NCBI GenBank assembly: GCA_963698075.1
Contig: OY969116.1
Location: forward strand, 798,131 to 862,130
Direction: 5' to 3'
DNA: 64,000 nt
DNA from: an uncultured Candidatus Berkelbacteria bacterium
Lineage (GTDB): Bacteria > Patescibacteriota > UBA1384 > UBA12157 > JAENIV01
Below, piece after piece: positions 26,727-35,580 of the stretch. Under the pieces are notes generated by a model. That model was given only the letters and a program-made list of their open reading frames with translations, was not told where the DNA came from and made no database searches. Both the position numbers and the translations under genes were made by a program. Numbering within the stretch: the stretch's first letter is position 1; every line of letters starts with the position of its first letter.

Positions 26727-28030
26727 ACAAGAGATCCTTAACCCTCATCTTAATCGGCTTGGCAATTGCTGATCTTTTAGGCGCGATTGATGCCACCGGC
26801 GTTAACATTGCTTTGCCGAAAATCACTCGCGATTTGGCCATCCCCATCACCATTTCCCAGTGGATTCCCAACGCTTACACTCTAGTCCTCGTTTCTACCT
26901 TGTTATTTTTCGGCAAAATCGGCGATTCAATTGGGGTCAAAAAACTTTATCTTTTTGGCCTAATATTGTTTGGTCTGGCTTCAGCCATCTTGGGTTTTAT
27001 TAATAATCCTTATCTTCTCATCGCCATTCGCGGACTTCAGGGGTTGGGAACCGCGATTTTATACACTATGCCAATGGCCATCATTGCTCATCTTTGGCAA
27101 GACCGCGAAAAAGCTTTTTCAGTCACCGCCTCATTTTTTGCCGGCGGCATGCTTGTTGGCCCATTAATCGGCGGCGTTTTTACCAATTTAAATTTTGGCA
27201 ATTTCCACGGCTGGCATTTAATTTTTTTACTTAACATTCCCTTTATTATTTTTGGTCTGATTGTCGCTACCAAATTTATCCCGGAATTGCCTTCCCAAAA
27301 AATCAAAATCGATTTTTTGAGCGTCTTAATGCTTTTGGTTGGCCTGGCCCTTATCATTCTTTCTTTGACGATTATTAGTAAATGGTATCTGCTCGCCGGA
27401 GTGGGGATCTTGCTTTTGCTCTTTTTCTATGAAAAGAAAGTCGCCAATCCATTATTGGATTTTTCTTTATTTAAAAACCGCACTTTTACGGCCTTCAATA
27501 TCGTCAGCGCTTTGGCAATGGTAACAATTATTGGCATGAGTTTTGTTTTAACTTTTTATTTGCAGGATATTTTGAAATGGAATTCTTTGCAGGCGGGCTT
27601 GGCTCTCTTGCCCGTGCCAGCAGCTACCGGCGTGGTCTCGATTTTGGCGGGCCGAATGAAAAACTGGAAATTGGCGGCGTTTTTAACTAGCGGCTTGATT
27701 TTGGCCGGGATTTTACTTTTAACCCAAATTCATCCGTCCATTTCCTACTACAAATTGATTTTGCCGGCGATGGTTTTAATCGCCGCTGGTTCCGGCTTTT
27801 TGATGACCGTTGGTTTTGCCGCTATTTTGGGCTCGGCCCCAACTGAAAAATCCGGTAGCGCTTCGGGAATTTTGAATACCCTACAGCAATTAGGCGGTTT
27901 GATCGGCATCGCTTTAGTGGCGGCCATTGTCTTAAACTATTCTTTGGCTTTTTATATTCTGGTGATCGCCGCCTTGATAGGACTAATTGCCGCCTTTTTT
28001 GTTAAAAAGGCAGAAAATATTTCAATTTGA
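26723..28030 (+). CDS. MFS efflux transporter (DHA2-like)
   Basis: IDATGVNIALP, GKIGDSIGVKK, GPLIGG and WHLIFLLNIP; overlaps the ThiF stop (ATGA). Confidence 0.9.
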   Translation: MNKRSLTLILIGLAIADLLGAIDATGVNIALPKITRDLAIPITISQWIPNAYTLVLVSTLLFFGKIGDSIGVKKLYLFGLILFGLASAILGFINNPYLLIAIRGLQGLGTAILYTMPMAIIAHLWQDREKAFSVTASFFAGGMLVGPLIGGVFTNLNFGNFHGWHLIFLLNIPFIIFGLIVATKFIPELPSQKIKIDFLSVLMLLVGLALIILSLTIISKWYLLAGVGILLLLFFYEKKVANPLLDFSLFKNRTFTAFNIVSALAMVTIIGMSFVLTFYLQDILKWNSLQAGLALLPVPAATGVVSILAGRMKNWKLAAFLTSGLILAGILLLTQIHPSISYYKLILPAMVLIAAGSGFLMTVGFAAILGSAPTEKSGSASGILNTLQQLGGLIGIALVAAIVLNYSLAFYILVIAALIGLIAAFFVKKAENISI

Positions 28031-28074
28031 CAATCCTAAAAATTCAGGATATAATTAAAGCCGAGGACAAAAGA

Positions 28075-28260
28075 ATGGAAATAAATTTTATTACTCAAAT
28101 TTGGCAAGAGGGGAAAATGTATGTTGCCTATGCTCCCGAATTAGACGTCTCTTCTTGCGGAAAAACCGCCCGAGAAGCTCAAAAAAATCTTCATGAAGCA
28201 GTCGAGATTTTCTTGGAAGAGACAGCTAAGAATTTGACACCGAAAGTAGTACTTGTATAA
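28075..28260 (+). CDS. HicB-like (UPF0150) short antitoxin-domain protein, no HicA seen
   Basis: YVAYAPELDVSSCGKTAREAQKNLHEAVEIFLE. Confidence 0.75.
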   Translation: MEINFITQIWQEGKMYVAYAPELDVSSCGKTAREAQKNLHEAVEIFLEETAKNLTPKVVLV

Positions 28261-28275
28261 AATGAGTTTGGAGGG

Positions 28276-28527
28276 ATGATGAATTCTAAAGATAAGAAAG
28301 ATATAAGTTTAATAATTTTAGATGCTCTGGATAAAGTTGTGATTCCTCAGTTTGATAAAATGTATGAGAAATTCGAAGAGCATGATGAGAGATTCGGGGA
28401 TATTGATAATTCTTTAACCCGGATCGAACTAAAACTTGATAACGAAGTCAAGAGAAACGATGAACAAAGTATTAAAATTACGAAATTAAATACACGCGTT
28501 CTCAAATTGGAAAAATCCAAAGCGTAA
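28276..28527 (+). CDS. Small coiled-coil hypothetical protein
   Basis: Heptad pattern; ends RVLKLEKSKA like 24538-24861 (RVLRLESKKAS). Confidence 0.7.
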   Translation: MMNSKDKKDISLIILDALDKVVIPQFDKMYEKFEEHDERFGDIDNSLTRIELKLDNEVKRNDEQSIKITKLNTRVLKLEKSKA

Positions 28528-28610
28528 CCAATTTATTCCTAATCTATTGGAAAAGCCCGCTTTTTGTTATAGAATTTAATGTAGAGGGGGTAATTTTAGG
28601 AGTTTTTATT

Positions 28611-30191
28611 ATGGATCAAAAAAAGCCATCAGGTCCGCCACCAGGTGCGGCCGGACAAAAACCACCGGATATGCGTGAAATCATGGCTGATTATAATAAA
28701 GCGGTGAAGTTTTTTGCCAACACGCCGGCCGAAGCGTGGGAAGGGTTAGCGGTTAAAACCGCGATGGGGGTGTTTTCGGAAACGGCTCAAACTATACCTG
28801 CCTATCAAGAATTTTTAAAATTACAAAAATTCAATCCGGAAACAATCAAATCCATCGAAGATTTTTACAAAATCCCGGTGATGGATAAATATAATTACAT
28901 CCAAGCCTACGGCTTTAACGAAGTCAACTCGGCTAAAGCCGGCAAAGATCTGTATAGTGTCTCTCTAAGTTCAGGAACAATTGATGAACCAACCATTTGG
29001 CCACGCTATTACCAATACGAGGAGTTCCTTCCTTTGGTTTTTGATCTTTTAATGCGGCTCTATTGGCAAATTGATAAAAAATCAACTCTTGCCGTTAATG
29101 CTTATGCGATGGGACCTTGGATGGCGGGATTTTCCGTTCATTCAGCAATCAGGCCTTTAACGCAAAAATATAAATTAACTTTAGCCACCCCTGGTGCCGA
29201 TATTGATTCAATCGTTTATACAATTGTTAAGCTTTCTAAATTCTATGATCAAACTATAATTTTTTCTTACGCGACGTTTGCCAGAACCATCCTTGATCGT
29301 TTAGAAGAGGCAGGCCTGAATCTCAAAAAACTTAATCTTAAGATGTTCCTTGCCGGCGAAGGCCACACCGTTGAATGGCGCCAGTATATAAATAAGCTAG
29401 CCACCGGCGATCCGGAAAATTTGACCTGTATCATTGATGGATATGGTGTTACTGATACTGGTCTCTCTGGCCAAGGATCAGTTCTGACTAATTTGATCAG
29501 AGATCTGGCCCAGAAGAACGAAAAATTATGCGAAGATTTATTTGGTAGAACCGATTGTGTGCCATCTCTTTTCCAATACAATACTGGCACTTATTTTATC
29601 GAGGAAGTTAATGGTGAAGTTGTCATTACGACCAAAAGTACTACTCCACTCGTTAGATATAACCTTCATGATCACGGGGGGGTGATTAAATTTCGAGAAA
29701 TGACAGAAGTTCTTAATAAACATGGTTATGATTACAAAAAACTTTTGCGTAAAAAGAAACTAAATCCCGATGAAGTTGTTTGGCAACAGCCGTTTGTTTA
29801 TTGTTTCGGTAGGCGAGACGACACAGTGATCATTGGTGGCGCCAATGTTTATCCCGAGCAAATTGCTCCAGTTCTATTCAATGAGAAAGTCCGCGATATT
29901 CATAGCTTTAAACTGGCAACCGACTATGACAAAGAACAACATCAAATATTTTATATTTTACTCGAGCTCAAAGGTGGAATTTCGTATAGCCAAAAACAGA
30001 TTGAGAAAATGGAAAAGAAATATCACGATTGGATTATGGACAGATTGTTGAAGGTAAGCAGTGATTATGCCGTGTCTTACAAGGCTGATCCGGAATATGC
30101 CGATTTCATTATTAAAATATATAACAACGGTGAAGGTCCGTTTGAGAATGACAAAACAAGGACAAAACCAAGATTGGTTTTAAAGAAATAA
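28611..30191 (+). CDS. Phenylacetate-CoA ligase (PaaK)-like adenylate-forming enzyme
   Basis: SLSSGTIDEP P-loop, YGVTD, PLVRYNLHDHG and GRRDD...GANVYP. Confidence 0.85.
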   Translation: MDQKKPSGPPPGAAGQKPPDMREIMADYNKAVKFFANTPAEAWEGLAVKTAMGVFSETAQTIPAYQEFLKLQKFNPETIKSIEDFYKIPVMDKYNYIQAYGFNEVNSAKAGKDLYSVSLSSGTIDEPTIWPRYYQYEEFLPLVFDLLMRLYWQIDKKSTLAVNAYAMGPWMAGFSVHSAIRPLTQKYKLTLATPGADIDSIVYTIVKLSKFYDQTIIFSYATFARTILDRLEEAGLNLKKLNLKMFLAGEGHTVEWRQYINKLATGDPENLTCIIDGYGVTDTGLSGQGSVLTNLIRDLAQKNEKLCEDLFGRTDCVPSLFQYNTGTYFIEEVNGEVVITTKSTTPLVRYNLHDHGGVIKFREMTEVLNKHGYDYKKLLRKKKLNPDEVVWQQPFVYCFGRRDDTVIIGGANVYPEQIAPVLFNEKVRDIHSFKLATDYDKEQHQIFYILLELKGGISYSQKQIEKMEKKYHDWIMDRLLKVSSDYAVSYKADPEYADFIIKIYNNGEGPFENDKTRTKPRLVLKK

Positions 30192-30333
30192 ATCAAGTTC
30201 TCTGTTTAGCTTAAACCTTAGGTGAAAACTGGGCACTTTTTTAATTATTTTTCCATTACAATATTTGGTAATTTGGGTTAGCTGAATTATTTAGATTATA
30301 TAGTAAATCGGTCTCACTTAACGCGTAGTAGTA

Positions 30334-30365
30334 AAATGAGAGCAGTCATCGAGACGCTCTCATTT
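30334..30365. terminator. Hairpin between the convergent PaaK-like and cysS genes
   Basis: 10-bp stem aaatgagagc/gctctcattt. Confidence 0.55.
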
Positions 30366-30378
30366 ATATTTTGTAGGT

Positions 30379-31779
30379 TTAGATCCTTTTGATAACAGGT
30401 CCGGATTTGCTGTCTTGAACTTCATATCCGTGTTTGAGTAACTCTTCGCGAATCGTGTCGGCTCTTGCCCAGTCGTGGTTGGTTCGGGCTCTTGATCTTT
30501 CTTCGATTAGAACACGAACTTCATCTGGTATAGTTTCTTCTCTGATTCTGAACGGGTCTATGCCCAAGACTTGGTCAAAGGATCCCGCTATCTTGATCTT
30601 CATAGCGGGAGCGATTCTCGGGCTATCGACGACTCCCCAGAGTACGGCTAGGGCTTTCGGCGTATTGAGGTCATCGTTTATGTTTTGGAGGAAGCGTGTC
30701 CTGTACTCGTCGAAAATTGGATCGTTCGCTTTCACTTCACCCTGGTTTTGACCCCTCAGGTCGATAAACTTCTGTCTTAGTCTTTTGAGGGCGTTCTTGG
30801 CTCCGTCCAGCCCCTCAAATGTGAATTCGAGGGGACTACGATAATGTGCTCCCAAAAGGTAATAACGGTAGTCAAGCGGATCGTAGCCTCGGTCGATAAG
30901 GCTTTGGAGCGTCAGGAAACCACTACCTGACTTCGCCATTTTTTCGTCACCACCGACGATCAAAAAATCGTTGTGTAGCCAGTAGGAAACCCATTGGTGA
31001 CCAAGGGCGCCTTCGCTCTGGGCGATTTCGTTGGTGTGATGAACGGGAATGTGATCAATTCCCCCTGTGTGTATGTCAAATCTTTCGCCGAGGTATTTGC
31101 TTGCCATGGCTGAGCATTCGATGTGCCAACCTGGAAAGCCTCGTCCCCATGGCGAATCCCAGAGCATCGCATGACTGGAGTACTTATAGAAAGTAAACCA
31201 GAGCACAAAATCATGGGGAGACCGCTTATTGGGATCTTTCTCCACTCGAGCAATGTTTGAGGATTTGCTTAGATTTAGCCTTGCCAATCTTCCGTAATCC
31301 GGGAACTTAGAGGTGTCGAAGTACACATTGCCACCCGCGACGTACGCCAACCCGCGTTCTTCCAGACGCCTGATCATGGCGATGATTTCGGGAATATGTT
31401 GAGTTGCTGGGCATATGATGTTAGGCCGCTCGACTTGCAATAACTCTAAATCGTGAAGAAAAGCCTGAGTGTAGAAATCGGCGATTTCCCAAACAGTTTT
31501 CCCTTCTCGGGTTGCACTTTTCTCGATTTTATCTTCGCCTTCATCGGCGTCACTAGAAAGATGTCCTACGTCGGTGATGTTCATAACATGTTGAACATCG
31601 TAACCATTTACGCGAAACATCTTCTTAAGTGTATCGGCAAAAACGTAGGCCCTCAGATTGCCTATGTGGGCATAATTGTAAACTGTCGGGCCACAGGTGT
31701 ATATCCCGACTTTTCCAGGGACAAAGGGTCTGAAAACCTCTTTCTTTCGACTCATCGTGTTTGTGAGCTTAATCTCCAT
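30379..31779 (-). CDS. cysS: Cysteine-tRNA ligase
   Basis: [36 protein letters not shown] and KMAKS; AAAGGAGG SD before MEIKL. Confidence 0.97.
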   Translation of the reverse strand: MEIKLTNTMSRKKEVFRPFVPGKVGIYTCGPTVYNYAHIGNLRAYVFADTLKKMFRVNGYDVQHVMNITDVGHLSSDADEGEDKIEKSATREGKTVWEIADFYTQAFLHDLELLQVERPNIICPATQHIPEIIAMIRRLEERGLAYVAGGNVYFDTSKFPDYGRLARLNLSKSSNIARVEKDPNKRSPHDFVLWFTFYKYSSHAMLWDSPWGRGFPGWHIECSAMASKYLGERFDIHTGGIDHIPVHHTNEIAQSEGALGHQWVSYWLHNDFLIVGGDEKMAKSGSGFLTLQSLIDRGYDPLDYRYYLLGAHYRSPLEFTFEGLDGAKNALKRLRQKFIDLRGQNQGEVKANDPIFDEYRTRFLQNINDDLNTPKALAVLWGVVDSPRIAPAMKIKIAGSFDQVLGIDPFRIREETIPDEVRVLIEERSRARTNHDWARADTIREELLKHGYEVQDSKSGPVIKRI

Positions 31780-31888
31780 TTTGTAACCTCCTTTCGCAAG
31801 GTGGGACTGAAGTATGTTATCCCTGAATACAAGGGATGATGAATGATCCATCCCTCTTGCATAATTTTATAATAAAATTATGCTTATG

Positions 31889-32899
31889 TCAATCACTAAT
31901 CTCCGAGAGCTTAGAAAACATTTTGTTGTTTAATAATTTTCTCGCCATTGAATTTGTGAGGACCTGTTTTAATTCTTGTTTTGATTTTACTAAGAAAAAG
32001 GATAGAAAGCCGTGGACATCACTTTTTTCTTGGGCATTGAATTTATTTTCAATCAATCGGAAGAACCTATCAATGTATGGGTCTTTTATTAATTGATATG
32101 AATCAAGATTTTTATAAGAATATTCATAAGGATTTTCGGGAAAATTTTTAATATTCTTTTTTACATACATAGATATTTCTTGATAAAGTTTATTTAAAAA
32201 TCTGATTCTTCTTTCAACATCTTCTTTCAGATAACTTTTAATTTTCATAGCCTCTTTTAAATTATTAAGACAATCCTGCGGCACAAAGGGAAAAGTTGCC
32301 AGAAAAGGTATGCTCCATTTTTTATGAGGCATAAATTGTTTATTAATGAGAAACAAGAGCTCAATTATTGAATCTACGCCATCGTTAATTAAATAATGAG
32401 CTGTCTCTGGGAATCCTCTTTTAAGTGCTCTTCGGGTGTGTATATTGACGTGCCAATTATATTGTCCCATTATCTTGATGATTCTGTTCTTTCTGTATGT
32501 TTCATCATGTTGAATTTTTCTTTCAATGAATTTTTTAACTTTTTCATTTTTATCGTAGACCAACAATCCATTAGCGAAAACAGCCTTTTTCCCTTCGGGC
32601 CATTCATTCCATTTATTTATCAGGTTTTCCTGATGTATATTAAATTCTAAAACTCTATTTTTATATTTGAGGTGAAATTCAAAACCTGGAAGATAGTCTG
32701 GAATGTTCTTTGTGTTGATAAAAATTGCCATATCCAAATCAGAAAATTTATCAATAAATCTTCGTTTCCCGAGTCCTCCGAGTAATACAATTCCTTCAAT
32801 CTCTTTCTTGGATTGAAAATTGGATACTAACAATTCGATTAATTCGTCGTATTGTTTTTTAATATTGAATGTTTTTAATTTTAACGTCATTTTGGACAT
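31889..32899 (-). CDS. Pol-beta superfamily nucleotidyltransferase with a helical C-terminal domain
   Basis: GIVLLGGLG...DKFSDLDM (hGG..DxD); PHKKW motif in the helical part. Confidence 0.75.
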   Translation of the reverse strand: MSKMTLKLKTFNIKKQYDELIELLVSNFQSKKEIEGIVLLGGLGKRRFIDKFSDLDMAIFINTKNIPDYLPGFEFHLKYKNRVLEFNIHQENLINKWNEWPEGKKAVFANGLLVYDKNEKVKKFIERKIQHDETYRKNRIIKIMGQYNWHVNIHTRRALKRGFPETAHYLINDGVDSIIELLFLINKQFMPHKKWSIPFLATFPFVPQDCLNNLKEAMKIKSYLKEDVERRIRFLNKLYQEISMYVKKNIKNFPENPYEYSYKNLDSYQLIKDPYIDRFFRLIENKFNAQEKSDVHGFLSFFLVKSKQELKQVLTNSMARKLLNNKMFSKLSEISD

Positions 32900-32900
32900 G

Positions 32901-33737
32901 TTATCTAATTTTAATGTGTCTAATTTTTACACTTTGCCCGAAAACTATCTTCGCCAACGAATTTATGTTTCTTGACCATTCTTTTATTTCACCCGTGGTG
33001 TAGAATATTACATTTTCTAATTTTTTATTTGATTCGTCGAAGGGTCTCTTCTGTCTAAAAAATTCTGTAATCATATTACCTGGATCTAAATAAATTAAAT
33101 TTTTCCCAAATTCTATTTTTATCTCCTCTTGTATAAAACAAAAGCAGGTGCATCCCAGTAATACACCGTCTAAACTGTATTCTTTATATGATTTTAAATT
33201 TTTTAATATTCTATTTTTTCCCTCATTCGTATTGTGTTGTCCTCTTGCGATAACCGCTTCGCTTTCTGTTAAAATAAAATTTACCATTTTTTGGGGTTTG
33301 GCCATTTTAATGAGTTTAAAATATAATCCTGAATTTATTGTGTATTTAGTACCCAATACACCAATATTTCTATTACCTATAAAAACGGCAGAGTCTTTTA
33401 AAAGCAATTTTAACAGATCTACCATAGTTATAATTGTTATGTTGTATTTCTTTGAAATAATATTTTTAAAAGAATTTATAGCTATTGACGCTGTATTGCA
33501 GGCGACAACCAATAAAGTGAGTTTACTAATTTTGTTAAAATATCTCAGCCAACCGTCTACAATATTTATAATCTCTTTTTTAGATTTCAATCCGAATGGG
33601 TTCATCTCACCGTCAGCAAGAAATATAACATTATATTCTCCAATTTTATCTGAAAGATTTTTTAAGACAATGATACCACATGCGCATGAATCGGCAATTA
33701 ATATGGTTTTTTTAGTTTTGTCTAGTTTCTTATTCAT
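32901..33737 (-). CDS. Divergent Asp/Glu racemase (MurI-like)
   Basis: ADSCACG, NPFGLKS, ACNTAS and LGCTCF; both catalytic Cys are kept. Confidence 0.8.
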   Translation of the reverse strand: MNKKLDKTKKTILIADSCACGIIVLKNLSDKIGEYNVIFLADGEMNPFGLKSKKEIINIVDGWLRYFNKISKLTLLVVACNTASIAINSFKNIISKKYNITIITMVDLLKLLLKDSAVFIGNRNIGVLGTKYTINSGLYFKLIKMAKPQKMVNFILTESEAVIARGQHNTNEGKNRILKNLKSYKEYSLDGVLLGCTCFCFIQEEIKIEFGKNLIYLDPGNMITEFFRQKRPFDESNKKLENVIFYTTGEIKEWSRNINSLAKIVFGQSVKIRHIKIR

Positions 33738-34920
33738 ATCCTTTTTTATTATAAGAATCCAATAAGATTTTTGCCATTCCGTTCATGGTTATTTGCATTT
33801 CTAAAGCGGGGCTACTATTACCCTCAATAACAATCGCTCCATCGGGAGTAAGTGTTATATCCCAGCCAATACAAGTAATAGTTGGAAAAAGATTGGCACA
33901 TTTAATCGCTAGATTGGTGACTTGCTTAATCTGTTTTACTTTTTTATTTCTAAATACGTATCCAGAGTTAATGTGAGCAGAATAAGTGTCTAATTTTCCA
34001 TCGTAAGCAATATTAGCCATTGAACCATCTTTAATATCAATCTGAAGATGTAGTCCACCTCCATGAACATTATCAATAAAAGATTTATTTATTCCACATC
34101 GCAGCGTACAAGCTAAAACACTAGTCCCTGTAAAGTGAGAGAAGTATGTTAGGACTCTGAAGGTATTTACCGAGGAGGAGTTAATTTTTTTTAATTCTTC
34201 GATTTGTTCTATACCTTCTTGTAATATCCAATCTCTAAAAGATAAGGTTTGCAGATATTCAATATCAAGCTTGATCTTTTTATCATTTTTAAAGATCATT
34301 TTACTTTTATCATACAAGAAAAGCATTATTTCATTACCGCCGCTTCCGGCATCAGCCGGCTTCATGAAGATTCTCTTTGATTTTGTAGAACTTAATGTTT
34401 TATTTAATTCAGCATTATTTTTAATTATTTCACAATCTTTATTGAATATTGTTCCTCTTTTTATTTTTATTAATGTGGTTGGTATTGGTATTTTGTAACC
34501 CCTGCAGATTTCCTCAAATATATTTTTGTCGTCAAGAAGCCATATATTTTTGTTTATTTTAGGCAAAATTTTGTAATACATAACTGTTTCGGGCATAAAG
34601 TTTAGTACCTCTTTATATGAGAAACTTTTGTCATACAACTTGTACCTGAAATAGTGAAACGGAAGGCATCGCCATGCTAAGGTTAACTTAATAAGCTCTA
34701 ATAGGGTCCCAATGAACCCCTTTTTGTTTTTATATTGTGAGAATTGAGCGATTTGATTATTTTTAAAATCTTTAACTTGGTATAAAAGCCATTTTGGCCA
34801 GGCATAAAATCGCAATCCCAGCGCTTCCATTTTCTCATATGAGATTTGGATGTTTTTATTAAAACTCATCGATTTATTATTTTTCATTTTCGAATTCGAC
34901 TTTAGAAAAAATAAGTACAT
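33730..34920 (-). CDS. ATP-grasp ligase (sugar-transfer-associated/RimK-like); start may be a few codons downstream
   Basis: LDDKNIF, FMKPADAGSGG, SSVNTFRV, DNVHGGG and IGWDI...IEGNSSP. Confidence 0.85.
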   Translation of the reverse strand: MYLFFLKSNSKMKNNKSMSFNKNIQISYEKMEALGLRFYAWPKWLLYQVKDFKNNQIAQFSQYKNKKGFIGTLLELIKLTLAWRCLPFHYFRYKLYDKSFSYKEVLNFMPETVMYYKILPKINKNIWLLDDKNIFEEICRGYKIPIPTTLIKIKRGTIFNKDCEIIKNNAELNKTLSSTKSKRIFMKPADAGSGGNEIMLFLYDKSKMIFKNDKKIKLDIEYLQTLSFRDWILQEGIEQIEELKKINSSSVNTFRVLTYFSHFTGTSVLACTLRCGINKSFIDNVHGGGLHLQIDIKDGSMANIAYDGKLDTYSAHINSGYVFRNKKVKQIKQVTNLAIKCANLFPTITCIGWDITLTPDGAIVIEGNSSPALEMQITMNGMAKILLDSYNKKGYE

Positions 34921-35029
34921 CTTTCTTTGGAGAATATTATCAGGTTATTTATTCTTTGTCAAGCTATCCCTGAAAATGTAAGTCTAAAGTTATAAAAAAG
35001 AAGAATCCGTCCCGGAGTGGGACGGATGA

Positions 35030-35371
35030 CTAGAACTCGAGTTCTGAAAGGTGAAAGTCTTGGACGGTAGAGAAGGCTCCAACCATCCAGGCTCGAAGAT
35101 TAGTGGTAACGAACTCTCTAAGGATGACGCAGATGGCCTCCTCGATCTCATCCTTGTTTGTTTGGGCGTTTGCTTCCTTGGTATCGATGTGGATCTGGGC
35201 GAAGAGACCAGCGCTGTCGGATAAGTGGGATGGAACGATCTCGACGAAAATCGGTTTGACGATGGTGTCGATATTCAGTATCTCAGCAACCTTGCTCTGA
35301 ATATTGTCTCGCAGAGCTTTCTGTTCGTCTGGGCTGATGGTGTCAGGTATGCCGTAAATGTGGATGAGCAT
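35030..35371 (-). CDS. 113-aa hypothetical protein, possibly tautomerase/MIF-like (copy 1)
   Basis: GGAGG SD and own terminator hairpin (about 35005-35028); paralog at 43375-43716 differs at 14 of 113 residues. Confidence 0.75.
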   Translation of the reverse strand: MLIHIYGIPDTISPDEQKALRDNIQSKVAEILNIDTIVKPIFVEIVPSHLSDSAGLFAQIHIDTKEANAQTNKDEIEEAICVILREFVTTNLRAWMVGAFSTVQDFHLSELEF

Positions 35372-35487
35372 CGGTTTCCTCCAGTGAGACGCTTTAGGGT
35401 TATTATCTCACATTTTATAGAGATGTCAATGTTTTTGAACCTTTCTCATTTCCTGCTATAATGAAAATAAGTCTAATCTTTTTATAT

Positions 35488-35580
35488 ATGGAAAATAAAT
35501 CAATTCCGATTATTAATTCATATAATGAATGGGATCCTTTAGAAGATAACGGAGGGGTTTTTGGAATTAGTTTACATTAG
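35488..35580 (+). pseudogene. 5' remnant of an amidinotransferase gene
   Basis: Translates MENKSIPIINSYNEWDPLEDNGGVFGISLH*; SYNEWDPLE matches the conserved N-terminal motif of Arg:Gly/StrB1-type amidinotransferases. Confidence 0.6.

Noticed and set aside
31780-31888. T-box upstream of cysS
   Set aside because: Hairpins are present but there is no GGTGGNACCRCG element
33148-33765. 205-aa ORF antisense to the racemase, and similar antisense ORFs over dnaE and the PHP gene
   Set aside because: Shadow frames of well-supported genes on the opposite strand
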